Below are positions 9,708-20,034 of a stretch of DNA of 64,000 nt, piece after piece (the stretch's first letter is position 1; every line of letters begins with the position of its first letter). The notes beneath the pieces were generated by a model. It searched no databases, was not told the DNA's origin, and saw nothing but the letters and a program-made list of their open reading frames with translations. Where the stretch lies: positions 3,475 to 67,474 of the forward strand of contig LZRT01000060.1 in assembly GCA_002159075.1 (NCBI GenBank), in the 5' to 3' direction. A program made the position numbers and the translations under genes. Source of the stretch: Bacillus thermozeamaize. GTDB lineage: Bacteria > Bacillota > Bacilli > ZCTH02-B2.

Positions 9708-9723
9708 TGCGAATTTCATCACA
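9708..9723 (-). promoter_or_regulatory. Crp/Fnr-type box TGCGA-N6-TCACA upstream of the nos operon
   Basis: The sequence tgcgaatttcatcaca has 1 mismatch to TGTGA-N6-TCACA. A minus-strand -10 TATACT (9685-9680) lies 33 bp centre-to-centre downstream. The box is about 117 nt upstream of the nosC TTG. Confidence 0.5.
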
Positions 9724-9763
9724 ATTTTCTTTACATTTTTTTGAACTTATTCCGTTGATTTAT

Positions 9764-9820
9764 AAAAAACAAAAAAGCCGCATTGCTTCTTTAGAACGAA
9801 TAGAACGAAGCAATGTGGCT
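9764..9820 (-). terminator. Rho-independent terminator of glxK
   Basis: On the minus strand GCCACATTGCTTC...GAAGCAATGCGGC forms a 13-bp stem followed by TTTTTTGTTTTTT. Confidence 0.8.
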
Positions 9821-9858
9821 TTGATCTTCATTTCGTAAACGTAATGTTGAGGTGATAT

Positions 9859-11013
9859 TTAACGGATGAGGCGGGCGATGTTGCGCGCCGTGTGGGCAAG
9901 CAGGGTCCGGGATTCGCGTATGGACTCTTCCAGCGTCATCGGCCGGTTCGGGATGGCGAAGAGGGCATCGAAGTGACGGTTTAAAGCGTTCAGTGTCTCC
10001 GCATCGCTGTCGAGGCTGCCGGAGATCAGGATGGTTCTCACGCTGTGTGCTCGGGCCAGGCGGGCAAGGGCAATGGGCAATTTTCCCAGCAAGGTCTGAT
10101 GGTCCGTTTTTCCCTCGCCTGTGATCAGCCAATCGGCCTGGCGCAGCTTTTCCGGAAGACCGGCGGCTTGCGCGACCAGTTCGGCGCCCGCATGCACCTT
10201 TCCCCCGATGCTCATGAGGGCGAACCCCAGCCCTCCAGCCGCTCCGGCACCGGGAAGGTGCTGATAGGAACGGCCGAGATGCCGCTCCACCTTTTCCGCA
10301 AAGGAAGCCAGCGCCCGATCCAATCGCTGCACCTGTTCCGGTGTGGCCCCTTTTTGCGGCCCGAAGACAAAAGAGGCTCCTTGCGGTCCGCAGAGCGGAC
10401 TTTTGACATCGCTGGCGATGAGGATGTCCGTTTCCTTGAGGCGCGGATCCAGCGTGCTGTAGTCGGCGCGGACGATGCGGGTGAGCGCGTCGATCACGGA
10501 GCATGCCGGGGCCGGCACCTGTTTGCCATCCGCGTCGACAAAGGTGGCGCCCAAAGCCTGCAGCGTGCCCAGGCCGCCATCGTTCGTCGCGCTGCCGCCG
10601 AGGCCGATGATGAGACGGCGGATGCCCTGATCCAGCGCGTGGCGGATGCATTCTCCCAGTCCGTAGGTGGTCAGGTGAACGGGATTGCGCTTTTCCGGAG
10701 GCACCAGCGTCAGTCCGGCGACCGCTGCCGTTTCGATGACCGCCGTTTTTGCGTCAGTGCCAGGGGCGCCGGCCAAGATGCCGTAAAAAGTGGGGATGGC
10801 TGTGCCCATGGGCCCGGTAGCCGTCAGGCGGATGCGTTCTCCTCCCGTGCCGGCCAGCAGGGCGTCCACGGTGCCTTCGCCGCCGTCCGCCATCGGGACT
10901 ACGTCCACCTGGGCATCCGGGATTTCGGCGAGAAGGGCGGAACGGATGATGTTGCCGACTTCGATGGCGCTGAGCGATCCTTTGTAAGAGTCTGGGGCGA
11001 CGACAATGCGCAT
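9859..11013 (-). CDS. glxK: Glycerate kinase
   Basis: MRIVVAPDSYKGSLSA N-terminus and full-length similarity pattern of the GarK/GlxK family (DGGEGT, GLGGSATNDGG). Confidence 0.9.
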   Translation of the reverse strand: MRIVVAPDSYKGSLSAIEVGNIIRSALLAEIPDAQVDVVPMADGGEGTVDALLAGTGGERIRLTATGPMGTAIPTFYGILAGAPGTDAKTAVIETAAVAGLTLVPPEKRNPVHLTTYGLGECIRHALDQGIRRLIIGLGGSATNDGGLGTLQALGATFVDADGKQVPAPACSVIDALTRIVRADYSTLDPRLKETDILIASDVKSPLCGPQGASFVFGPQKGATPEQVQRLDRALASFAEKVERHLGRSYQHLPGAGAAGGLGFALMSIGGKVHAGAELVAQAAGLPEKLRQADWLITGEGKTDHQTLLGKLPIALARLARAHSVRTILISGSLDSDAETLNALNRHFDALFAIPNRPMTLEESIRESRTLLAHTARNIARLIR

Positions 11014-11169
11014 GCTTTTTTGATCACCTCGATGCAGCGCGTTCTGACTCGATAAGAGTATTCGGCAAAGTCGTTTTGATCCCTTTTATTTCTTTGTTAA
11101 GGAATAAATTTGGTAGCCTGATGTTTTTGTGGCCTGAACCGCGCAAGAGGCAAATATCGCAAACAGTAC

Positions 11170-11220
11170 CAAAAAACAAATGTCGGGGCACCTGTTTCCC
11201 ATAGGCTCCAGGTGTGCCCT
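11170..11220 (-). terminator. Probable terminator of the acyl-CoA ligase gene
   Basis: On the minus strand GGGCACACCTG...CAGGTGCCCC forms a hairpin followed by a T-rich run (CGACATTTGTTTTTTGG). Confidence 0.5.
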
Positions 11221-11253
11221 GTTTGCGAAAGGTTTCGATGGATGATGCCTGGA

Positions 11254-12816
11254 TTATGCTTGGCCTGATTTGGCCTGTTCGCGCAAGACGTACTTCAGGA
11301 TTTTGCCGCTGGCGTTGCGGGGCAACGCATCGACGAAGTGATACTGGCGCGGCCGCTTATAGTCCGCCAGCTTGTCGCTGTTCTTGCAGAAGGTTTCCAG
11401 ATCTTCAGCGGTCAAATTCGGGTCCTTTTTGACGACATAGGCCACGACACGTTCTCCCCACATTTCATCGGGTACGCCGATGACGGCCACATCCAGGACG
11501 CCCGGGTGTTCGTAGAGGACATCCTCCACCTCCCGGGGATAGATGTTTTCACCGCCGCTGATCACCATGTCTTTCAGCCGGTCGGCCACATAGAGGTAGC
11601 CATCTTCATCGAGGTATCCCAGATCCCCGGAGTGGTACCAGCCCTTGTACAGCGCTTCCGCGGTGGCCTCTTCCCGCTTGTAGTAGCCGACCATCATGCA
11701 GGAGCCGCGAACGATGATCTCGCCGACTTCTCCCGGCCGGCAGATATCATCCGGTTCGGAGGGCTGGCCTTCGCGTGGGCGGACGACCCGCAGTTCATGG
11801 TTGATGCAGACTTTTCCAGCCGAGCCGGCTTTTGTCAGCTGCTCATCCTCCAGCAGGAAGGTGACGGCAGGTCCCATTTCGGTCATCCCGTATGCCTGGA
11901 TCAGATCGATGCCCAGCTTCTCCTTGCAGGCCCGGACCAGGGCGGGAGCCATCGGCGCCGCGCCGTACAGCCCTTTGCGCAATGCGCTCAGATCGTATTG
12001 CGACAGGTCTTCCTGCAACAGCATATTCCACATGGTCGGCGCGGCGAAGAAATGGTCGATTCGCTCATCTTGTACCAGCTGCAAAATCTTTTTGGGTTCA
12101 AAGTGGTGCAGGATCACGCTGCTGGCGCCGATATGGACCCGGGGCAGAAAAACGCAGTGCAGCTCGGCGGCGTGAAACATGGGTCCCACCGCCAGCCCCC
12201 GGCTGTTCGGGGTCAGTTTCAGGGCGTTGAGGCAGATCATGTTCTGCTCGATCATATCGCGATGGCGGTGCATGACACCCTTGGGCCGCCCGGTTGTCCC
12301 GGAGGTGTACATGATACTGTACAGATCGTTTTCCGATACCTCCACGTCGGGGCGGGCGTCGCTTGCCCCGGCCACTTTTTGCGCATAGCTGTGCGCATAC
12401 GCCGGCGGCTCCTCGTCCACATACCAGAACTGGATAGACGGGAAACGGTCGTGAATTTTTTCCACCTGCTCCGCCAGCGCCTGTTCAAAAAGGACGACCT
12501 TCGGTTCGGCGTCCGAGAGGATGAAGGCCACCTCTTCCGACATGAGGCGGAAGTTGATCGGGTTGATAATGGCCCCGATTTTGGCGCATGCAAAGAGGCA
12601 GGTGATCAGTTCGTGCGTATTGTACAGGTAGGTGGAGACGCGGTCGCCCTTTTGCACGCCGGCTTCGATGAGAGCGTTGGCCAGCTTGTTCACCTGCTGG
12701 TTCCATTCCGCATAGGTCCAGCGGATGTTTTTCCGCACATCGTAAAGGGCTTCCTTGTCAGGATACCTGATGACGGTTTGATCGAACATGGTGCCCAGGG
12801 TATTGTAGAGTGCCAC
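11254..12816 (-). CDS. AMP-dependent acyl-CoA synthetase/ligase (fatty-acid-CoA ligase family)
   Basis: AMP-binding motif YTSGTTGRPKGV plus GEIIVRG...GWYHSGDLG...DRLKDMVISGGENIYP. GTG start at 12816 has an AAGGAGGAG RBS 7 nt upstream. The ORF track extends to 12903. Confidence 0.88.
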   Translation of the reverse strand: MALYNTLGTMFDQTVIRYPDKEALYDVRKNIRWTYAEWNQQVNKLANALIEAGVQKGDRVSTYLYNTHELITCLFACAKIGAIINPINFRLMSEEVAFILSDAEPKVVLFEQALAEQVEKIHDRFPSIQFWYVDEEPPAYAHSYAQKVAGASDARPDVEVSENDLYSIMYTSGTTGRPKGVMHRHRDMIEQNMICLNALKLTPNSRGLAVGPMFHAAELHCVFLPRVHIGASSVILHHFEPKKILQLVQDERIDHFFAAPTMWNMLLQEDLSQYDLSALRKGLYGAAPMAPALVRACKEKLGIDLIQAYGMTEMGPAVTFLLEDEQLTKAGSAGKVCINHELRVVRPREGQPSEPDDICRPGEVGEIIVRGSCMMVGYYKREEATAEALYKGWYHSGDLGYLDEDGYLYVADRLKDMVISGGENIYPREVEDVLYEHPGVLDVAVIGVPDEMWGERVVAYVVKKDPNLTAEDLETFCKNSDKLADYKRPRQYHFVDALPRNASGKILKYVLREQAKSGQA

Positions 12817-13016
12817 GCGCTTTCTCCTCCTTGTCACACTCGCATTGTATGCGCTTTCAAGAATAGCAAGTTTATCATAGCACATTTCGCATTGGCTGAA
12901 CAATAGAGAATTTTGTCAGATGGATAATACTGAGACAACCGTATTGGAAAAAAATGTTTTTTAAAAATTACCTGTTAATCGATTATTTGTTATAATAGAA
13001 AAAAGCAGATTACATC

Positions 13017-14516
13017 ATGGGGAGTGGTATGATGGACAAGCAGCTAATCATCCTTCATCAACGCAATCAATTGCTGGTCAAACTGCTGTGGTTTTCACTG
13101 GCATTAGGGCTTATTGTCAATCTTGCGTCCAGATCGCAACCCATCACGATCATCATACTGGCCACGGTTGGAAGCGCGTTTTGCCTGATCGCGACGTATT
13201 TGATCCGGAAAAAGATATTGGTTTCTCATCTCATGTACCTGGTGGTCGTTGCCCTGGCTGTCCTGACCTGGTTGCTGGTAGCCAATGCACCAAAGATCAC
13301 CATGTACTTTATGATCTACTACAGCCTGGCGGTCATTACGCTGTACCATGATTACAAGCCGCTTGTCTTTTCGGCAGGCATCGGCCTCGTCTTTACCAAT
13401 CTTTTCTATTTTTTCTATCAGGATACGATGTTTGCGCAAATAGACACCAATGGCCTGATCTCTCTCAATTTGTTTGTGGTTTTAATCTCCGGCGCCTTGA
13501 TCACGCAGAGTCTGATCGGGAAGAGGATGAGGGAGGAGGCGGATGAAAATCACCGCCAGGTGCTGGCCGCGAAAACCCGGATCGAGGAGGTGTACCAAAA
13601 GATCCAGGAAGCGGTGGAGGAATTGGGCCAAATCAGCACCCGGCTGCAGGAGAATGTGAATGTGGCTGGAAGAATTTCCAAGGAGGTGACCGACGCGTTT
13701 TCCGAGATTGCCAGCGGTGTGGAATCCCAGGCTGAGAGCGTCAATCAGATTGGCGAGGCGATGGGGCAGATTGATCGGGGCATTGGAAGCGTGACCCATT
13801 CTTCCGCCATGATGAAGGAAATTTCTCATCTTACCGGGAAGATGACCCGGGACGGAAACCGGGAGGTGGCCGCACTGTCCGTGGAGATGGACAAGCTGAA
13901 CGCGATCCTGGCGACCACGGTGCAGTTGATGGATGATCTGAACCGGCACAATCAACACATCGGCGATATCGTCAAGACGATCAACGAGATCGCGGAGCAG
14001 ACCAATCTGCTGGCGTTAAACGCGGCCATTGAAGCTGCCCGGGCGGGAGAGCATGGACGCGGCTTTGCGGTGGTGTCGGAAGAGGTTCGGAAACTGGCCG
14101 AGAATGCACGGCAATCGACGAAAGAAATTGCGGCCATTCTGGAACAGATTCAACAAAAGGCAACAGAGGTGTTCCAACAAATGCATTCCGGAACAGACGC
14201 GTTTCGGGCCAGCAGACAGGTGGCTGAAAAGGTGGAGCATGTTTTTGCGGAGATCACCCGGAATACTGAAAAGGTGATCCAACAGGCGGCCGACGTGGAA
14301 TCACAGCTTCAACAACTGCAAAGCTCGTCGCAACGGGTTGTTCATGAAGCCGCTGCGGTCGCAGGGATCACCCAGCAAGCCGCCTCATCGGTACAGGAGG
14401 TGCTTGCTGGGGTGGAAGAACAACAGCGCAGGGTGGAGAATATCGTCGCGAACTTCCGGCAACTGGAACAAATGGCCCGGCAGTTGAAAAACCTGACCGC
14501 CGTAGATGCGGGGTAA
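13017..14516 (+). CDS. Methyl-accepting chemotaxis protein
   Basis: N-terminal multi-TM sensor region followed by the highly conserved MCP signalling hairpin ([39 protein letters not shown]). Confidence 0.9.
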   Translation: MGSGMMDKQLIILHQRNQLLVKLLWFSLALGLIVNLASRSQPITIIILATVGSAFCLIATYLIRKKILVSHLMYLVVVALAVLTWLLVANAPKITMYFMIYYSLAVITLYHDYKPLVFSAGIGLVFTNLFYFFYQDTMFAQIDTNGLISLNLFVVLISGALITQSLIGKRMREEADENHRQVLAAKTRIEEVYQKIQEAVEELGQISTRLQENVNVAGRISKEVTDAFSEIASGVESQAESVNQIGEAMGQIDRGIGSVTHSSAMMKEISHLTGKMTRDGNREVAALSVEMDKLNAILATTVQLMDDLNRHNQHIGDIVKTINEIAEQTNLLALNAAIEAARAGEHGRGFAVVSEEVRKLAENARQSTKEIAAILEQIQQKATEVFQQMHSGTDAFRASRQVAEKVEHVFAEITRNTEKVIQQAADVESQLQQLQSSSQRVVHEAAAVAGITQQAASSVQEVLAGVEEQQRRVENIVANFRQLEQMARQLKNLTAVDAG

Positions 14517-14534
14517 GTCGGGTGCTTACCCCGC
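14508..14534 (+). terminator. Perfect 10-bp hairpin overlapping the MCP stop codon (possible bidirectional terminator)
   Basis: GCGGGGTAAG (14508-14517) pairs with CTTACCCCGC (14525-14534) across a 7-nt loop. It lies between convergent genes. No clear T-tract follows. Confidence 0.4.
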
Positions 14535-14557
14535 CTTGCGGCACAGTCCATTCCATG

Positions 14558-15982
14558 TCATTGGATATCGAACTTTACGGTTGGAAGCGAACGTTCCTGT
14601 TCAAACGCATAAGCGAAACGGTATAGATTGGCTTCGTCAAACGGCTTTCCGATCAGCTGCATGCCGATGGGCAATCCCGAAGACGAGAAACCGCAAGGCA
14701 CGGAGAGGCTGGGCAAACCAGCAAAGTTGGTGGGACTTGTCAAACGAACCAGCGCCGCCCGGACGTGTTCTTCCTGTCCACGGATCGATACCTGACGTTG
14801 TCCGATGTCCGGCGGCAGGATGGAAATCGTCGGCGTGACAATCACATCCGCTTCTTTCAGCGCATGCATATATTCCTGAACGGCCGCATGTTTCAGCTGC
14901 CGGGCATGGATATAAACATGCGCTTTTTCGTCTTGGCCGGTAAGCAACCGTTCTCTTACCTCCGGGTCGTATTGCGCTGATTTCTCCCGGAGCATGGCTT
15001 CATGGACCGCATAGGCCTCGCTGCGGATGGTGATTTGCTGTGCCGACAGGATGTTTTGTATGTTGGGCAGATCGATGACGCGGATTTCCGCCCCCAGGTT
15101 TTCGAACACGTTCAACGCGTTCCGAACCTGCTGCTCCACTTCTTCCTGCACATGTTCAAAGTAGAAGGAGGAAGGGACGCCGATGACGCTGCCCTTGATG
15201 CTTTGCCCGATGAGACGGGTATAGTCTTCCGCGCCGGTCTTTACGGCGTACGGATCCCGTTCGTCGTAACCGGCCAATGCGTTTAATAACAATGCATTGT
15301 CCAATACGGTGCGGGTCATCGGTCCCACGTGGTCCAGCGTCCAGCTTAACGGATACACGCCGTATTTGCTGACAAGGCCAAATGTCGGCTTCATGCCGAC
15401 AATGCCGCAACAACTGGACGGAATGCGTATGGAGCCGCCGGTGTCCGTCCCCAATGCGGCAAAGCACAAAGCCGCCGCGACGGCCGCCCCGGATCCGCTG
15501 CTGGATCCTCCCGTGATTTTGGACAAATTGTAAGGGTTTTTCACCGGGCCAAAAGCGGATCGGTCTCCCGTTGGGCCGTAGGCAAACTCGTGGGTGTTTA
15601 GCTTTCCGACAATCACCGCCCCGGCCTGCTTCAATTTTTCCACAACGGCCGCGTCGTGATCAGGAATATAATCCTTGAAAATTTCTGAACCCATGGTGGT
15701 ACGGACGTTTTTCGTATAGATCAAATCTTTTAATCCGATTGGCACGCCATGCAGCGGCCCTCTCCAGTTGCCGGCGGAAATTTCCTTCTCCGCTTGCAAC
15801 GCGCTTTCCATTGCTTGTTCATGCATGACGGTGATGTATGCGTTTAGTACGGGATTGACTTGTTCGATCCGTTCCAAGAGCGCCCTTGTCACTTCGGCCG
15901 GTGATAGCTGTCTCGCTTTGAAGGCGTTCGACAATCTGGCGATATCCCATTGCAAGATGTCTGTTTGAGGTGTATTTGCCAT
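14558..15982 (-). CDS. Amidase (amidase-signature family, GatA-like)
   Basis: Amidase signature GGSSSGSGAAVAA...GTDTGGSIRIPS. 474 aa. Confidence 0.88.
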   Translation of the reverse strand: MANTPQTDILQWDIARLSNAFKARQLSPAEVTRALLERIEQVNPVLNAYITVMHEQAMESALQAEKEISAGNWRGPLHGVPIGLKDLIYTKNVRTTMGSEIFKDYIPDHDAAVVEKLKQAGAVIVGKLNTHEFAYGPTGDRSAFGPVKNPYNLSKITGGSSSGSGAAVAAALCFAALGTDTGGSIRIPSSCCGIVGMKPTFGLVSKYGVYPLSWTLDHVGPMTRTVLDNALLLNALAGYDERDPYAVKTGAEDYTRLIGQSIKGSVIGVPSSFYFEHVQEEVEQQVRNALNVFENLGAEIRVIDLPNIQNILSAQQITIRSEAYAVHEAMLREKSAQYDPEVRERLLTGQDEKAHVYIHARQLKHAAVQEYMHALKEADVIVTPTISILPPDIGQRQVSIRGQEEHVRAALVRLTSPTNFAGLPSLSVPCGFSSSGLPIGMQLIGKPFDEANLYRFAYAFEQERSLPTVKFDIQ

Positions 15983-16009
15983 ATTGACCTTTCCTTTCGT
16001 TAACTTGGG

Positions 16010-17350
16010 TCAGTTTGCCGTTTTTGTATTGGATGGGTTATGACCCGGTTTGACAAAGAGCATGGCCAACATGCCGACGACAACCGCCACTACGGCAGCT
16101 GTGAACATCGAAGTGTAACCGTAATTGGCGACCAAAAATCCGGTCAGCGTAGGCGCGACGATGGTGGCAATATTGGTGAAGAAGTGTGTAACGCCGCCAA
16201 ACGTGCCTGCCCGATCGGGTTCCGTGTCAATAATCACGGACCAATACACGGAGTTCGGCAGGAAATTGAAGGCGTTTCCGATGGCCATCAAGGCCATCAC
16301 GGCCACAATGCTGTCGACGACGGGAATCAACAGAAAACAGATGGCTGTCAGGAAAAGGGAAACGACGGCAAGACCGGAACGGGCGATGCGCAGATTCCCC
16401 GTTTTGCGCCGCAGCGCGTCAGAAATTTTACCCCCCAACAGCACAGTGAAGCAGGCGCCCACCCAAGGAATCATGCCCAAATACCAGAGCGCGCTGAGCT
16501 GAAAGTTGAACACGTCCTGGAGATATTTTGGCGTCCAGGTGAGCAGAAGGAAGTTGACGTACTGAAACGAAAAATAACCGATGGTGTTGAAAACCAAGGT
16601 CGGATTTCGGAAGAAGTGGTACCATTTTACGTTGGGATCTGCGGCGCCCACCGTTTTTTCGTTTTCCAGCAAATCAGCTTTGGACCGGATTTCCGCCAAC
16701 TCTTCTTTCGATACTTTCGGATGATCCTCCGGCAAGTTGGTGAATACCTTGGCCCAGATGATCACCCAAATGATGCCGATCACACCGAGGATGACGAACA
16801 TCATTTTCCAGTTGGTAATGGATAAGAGCGCCACTGCGACGGGAGCGGTCAACAGTGCTCCCAGGGGCGTGCCCAAAAGTCCCAGTGCGACGGCAAAGCC
16901 TCTTTCTTTGGGCGCGGCCCAGTTGGCCATCGTGCGGTTGATGGTTGAAAAAGTAGGACCTTCCGCCAGGCCAAACAAGATCCGAAACACGGCAAATCCG
17001 GCCAGCGCAGAGCCGCCGAACAGAGCGAGGCCGATTTCACCCGCATAGGCAGTGGCGATTTCAAATACCGACCATGCAAGCCCTGCGAGGATCCAAACAA
17101 ATTTTGGCCCTTTGCGGTCTGCCAAAGCCCCGCCGAACAAAGCGCCGACCATGTAGCCGTAACCAAAATAGCCCAGCACCGCTCCCCATGACGCGGCATC
17201 AAAACCAAAAGCGGCGATGATGTCTTTTTGCGCATAGGCAATCGCGCCGCGGTCCACATAGTTGACCACGACCATAAAGACAATCATCCCCATGATAAAG
17301 TAACGATAATTTCTCATCGCTTTCAACCTTTCTTGTAGTGATTTTTCCAA
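16010..17350 (-). CDS. MFS transporter (anion/cation symporter-like)
   Basis: 12-TM pattern with the MFS loop motif GGALADRKGPK. 446 aa. Confidence 0.85.
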   Translation of the reverse strand: MEKSLQERLKAMRNYRYFIMGMIVFMVVVNYVDRGAIAYAQKDIIAAFGFDAASWGAVLGYFGYGYMVGALFGGALADRKGPKFVWILAGLAWSVFEIATAYAGEIGLALFGGSALAGFAVFRILFGLAEGPTFSTINRTMANWAAPKERGFAVALGLLGTPLGALLTAPVAVALLSITNWKMMFVILGVIGIIWVIIWAKVFTNLPEDHPKVSKEELAEIRSKADLLENEKTVGAADPNVKWYHFFRNPTLVFNTIGYFSFQYVNFLLLTWTPKYLQDVFNFQLSALWYLGMIPWVGACFTVLLGGKISDALRRKTGNLRIARSGLAVVSLFLTAICFLLIPVVDSIVAVMALMAIGNAFNFLPNSVYWSVIIDTEPDRAGTFGGVTHFFTNIATIVAPTLTGFLVANYGYTSMFTAAVVAVVVGMLAMLFVKPGHNPSNTKTAN

Positions 17351-17522
17351 TCGTCACGATGTGGAAGCAGGACCCGGTTTTGGGCGCCTGATATTATCAT
17401 TACCGGATCTTATCATTTCATCATTGCGCCTGAGCATATATGATTTTTTTATGTATTTTTAGCATAATAGAATGAAGTCAAAAAGTGAATAGCAGGCAAG
17501 TCGCATGCCCCTCGGTTGACGG

Positions 17523-19106
17523 TTGAAAAAAGAAGCGGATATGATGATAGGCGTCATCGATCATATCTGGAGCAATGTCTGGAGCGTGAGCGCGTTGTAT
17601 CTGACATCGCGAAACGATTACAACACATGGAAAGCGGAAGGGTTCGCGCTGATCCCGGTCGTCAAAAAGATATGCGGGATCGAAGCGGAACAGTGGTTTG
17701 CCCTTGCGGAAAAACGGCAGAAAAACGAGTTTTTCGCCCTGTTGCAAAGCGGCCGCGGCGGACGGTACAGCTACCTGGGCCATGGCCTGTTCGGTGTGGT
17801 GAAGGCGAAAAACGGCCGGATGTGGTTCCGCGCTGGCGGCAGTGAGCGGAAGATCACCACCGCCGATCCACTGGCAACATTCAAACGGGAAATGGAGCGG
17901 TGGAGGGCGCCGCGGTTGCCGGAGGGGCCGGACTGGCTGGGCGGGGCGGCGGGTTATCTCGCTTATGATCTGGTTCGTTATTTCGAAAGGTTGCCGCAAC
18001 TTTCGGCAGACGATCTGCGCTTGCCTGATTTTTATTTTTTGCTTTACCGGGATGTGATCGCCTATGACCATGCGGAGGCAGCGGCATACATCATCAGCAA
18101 CGGGTTTGCGCAAGAAGGGGAAGGTTTCGACGCCGTAGCGGCCCGGGTGGAAGAGCTGCAACGGGAGCTCGCAGCATCTGGCCATGCAGGATTTGGCCAT
18201 GAAGCCGGGGACGGCGCGGTCTCGCCGGCCTCCCGCCTTTTCAATGGCGAGGATGGGCCGGGAGGTCCGATCCACTTGTCTTTGGACAAAGAGGCGTTCG
18301 TCCGGGCGGTGGAAAAGGTCCAGGAATACATCGCCGGCGGCGATGTTTTTCAGGTGAACCTTTCCCTGCGCCAGTCGCGGCCGCTCGTGGCCGCGCCCTG
18401 GACGATTTACCGCAACCTTTTGCAAATCAATCCCTCGCCGTACATGGCCTATTTGCAGGTGCCCGAATTTCAAGTTGTCTCTGGGTCGCCGGAATTGCTG
18501 ATCAAAGTCAAAGGCTCCGGCATCCGGACGCGCCCGATCGCCGGCACGCGGCCACGCGGCCAGAACCGGGAGGAAGATTCGCGCCTCGCGCAGGAACTGC
18601 TGGCGAACGAGAAGGAACGGGCCGAGCACATCATGCTCGTCGATCTGGAAAGGAACGACTTGGGCAGGGTCTGCCGTTACGGCACAGTAGAGGTGAGCGA
18701 ATTAATGGTCATCGAAGCGTATTCGCACGTGATGCACATTGTCTCTGGCATCACCGGGGAACTGGACGAAGGCAAAGATGCGTATGACGCGATCCGCGCT
18801 TGTTTTCCCGGTGGGACGATCACCGGCGCGCCAAAAGTGCGAACGATGGAGATCATCGAGGAACTGGAACCTGTGCGGCGCGGGATTTACACCGGTTCGA
18901 TCGGTTGGATCGGATTCAATGGGGACCTGGAATTGAACATTGTGATCCGCACCCTGTTGGCCAAGGACGGATGGGCGCATGTCCAGGCGGGGGCCGGGAT
19001 TGTGATCGATTCCGATCCGGAGGCCGAATATCGCGAATCGTTGAAGAAGGCCGAGGCGCTTTGGCGTGCGTTCGAGATGAGCGGAGCAGGCATGCGGAAG
19101 GGCTGA
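17523..19106 (+). CDS. pabB: Aminodeoxychorismate synthase component I (chorismate-binding enzyme)
   Basis: Chorismate-binding domain motifs (SPELLIK, IAGTRPRG, ERAEHIMLVDLERNDLGRV, GGTITGAPKVRTMEII, RGIYTGSIGW). It is followed by a class-IV aminotransferase (pabC). The exact start is uncertain. Confidence 0.8.
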   Translation: MKKEADMMIGVIDHIWSNVWSVSALYLTSRNDYNTWKAEGFALIPVVKKICGIEAEQWFALAEKRQKNEFFALLQSGRGGRYSYLGHGLFGVVKAKNGRMWFRAGGSERKITTADPLATFKREMERWRAPRLPEGPDWLGGAAGYLAYDLVRYFERLPQLSADDLRLPDFYFLLYRDVIAYDHAEAAAYIISNGFAQEGEGFDAVAARVEELQRELAASGHAGFGHEAGDGAVSPASRLFNGEDGPGGPIHLSLDKEAFVRAVEKVQEYIAGGDVFQVNLSLRQSRPLVAAPWTIYRNLLQINPSPYMAYLQVPEFQVVSGSPELLIKVKGSGIRTRPIAGTRPRGQNREEDSRLAQELLANEKERAEHIMLVDLERNDLGRVCRYGTVEVSELMVIEAYSHVMHIVSGITGELDEGKDAYDAIRACFPGGTITGAPKVRTMEIIEELEPVRRGIYTGSIGWIGFNGDLELNIVIRTLLAKDGWAHVQAGAGIVIDSDPEAEYRESLKKAEALWRAFEMSGAGMRKG

Positions 19107-19161
19107 GCCGGGTGTGATGTTGCGAATCGGCAGATGCCTAAATAGAAGAACAGGCGGGTGA

Positions 19162-20034
19162 ATGAACATGGCACAGGCGGGCTACGTCTATTTGAACGGC
19201 GATATCGTGGAAGCGGAGAATGCCGTGGTTTCGGTTTACGATCACGGCTTTCTTTATGGTGCCGGCGTTTTTGAAACGTTCCGCGCGTATCAGCGGCGGC
19301 TGTTTCTCTTCGACGCGCACATGGATCGCTTGTTCTCAGGCCTCAGGGAACTGGGGATTCGCCTTCAGATGAACCGGGAACAACTGCGGGAGGCGGTATT
19401 GCGGACCCTTGCCGCCAACGGCTTGCAAGACGCCTATATTCGCCTTTCCGTCACCGCAGGTGTGGCGGGGCTGGGCTTGTCGGCGGAAGATTACACGCGC
19501 CCCACTGTTTTGGTCATGGCAAAAGAGGTTCCGCGGTTTCCGGATGCGATGTACGAAAAGGGCAAACGGCTGCTCACCGTTTCGATTCACCGCAATACGC
19601 CCGAAGGCCATACGCGTCACAAGTCCCACAATTTTTTGAACCAGGTTTTGGCGAAAAGGGAACTCGGGGAACAGGCAGAGGCGGAAGGGCTGATGCTGAC
19701 GCGGGAAGGCTATGTCGCCGAGGGGATCGTCAGCAATATTTTTCTCATCCGGAGCGGGAGGCTCTTCACCCCGACGCTGGCGACCGGGATTTTGCCCGGC
19801 GTGACGAGGGCGTTTGTGCTGCGTCTGGCGGGCGAGCTGGGGATTCCCGCGGAGGAACGCGATTTTCGCCGCGAGGCGCTGTTTGCGGCGGATGAAGTGT
19901 TCCTGACCAATTCCATCCAAGAGATTGTCCCCGTGTGCGAGATCGACGGGGTGACGATCGGGGAAGGAAAAAGGGGCCCGTTCACGCAGCGGTTGCAGCA
20001 AGCTTACCGACAGCATGTGCAAACGGGCAGCTGA
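19162..20034 (+). CDS. pabC: Aminodeoxychorismate lyase / class IV aminotransferase
   Basis: Class-IV PLP enzyme pattern (HGFLYGAGVFETFR, KSHNFL, EGIVSNIFL, GILPGVTR), immediately downstream of pabB. Confidence 0.75.
   Translation: MNMAQAGYVYLNGDIVEAENAVVSVYDHGFLYGAGVFETFRAYQRRLFLFDAHMDRLFSGLRELGIRLQMNREQLREAVLRTLAANGLQDAYIRLSVTAGVAGLGLSAEDYTRPTVLVMAKEVPRFPDAMYEKGKRLLTVSIHRNTPEGHTRHKSHNFLNQVLAKRELGEQAEAEGLMLTREGYVAEGIVSNIFLIRSGRLFTPTLATGILPGVTRAFVLRLAGELGIPAEERDFRREALFAADEVFLTNSIQEIVPVCEIDGVTIGEGKRGPFTQRLQQAYRQHVQTGS

Noticed and set aside
9791-10651. 286-aa ORF overlapping glxK in another frame; also 10045..11055 on the plus strand
   Set aside because: The translation is Arg/Pro/Gly-rich. 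The glycerate kinase frame explains the region.
11338-12906. 522-aa ORF antisense to the acyl-CoA ligase gene
   Set aside because: It is a shadow ORF. The minus strand encodes canonical AMP-binding motifs, and the plus-frame product has no recognisable motif and a biased composition.
17478-18629. 383-aa ORF antisense to pabB
   Set aside because: It is Arg/Pro/Gln-rich and low-complexity, typical of a GC-rich shadow frame. The opposite strand carries unmistakable chorismate-binding enzyme motifs.
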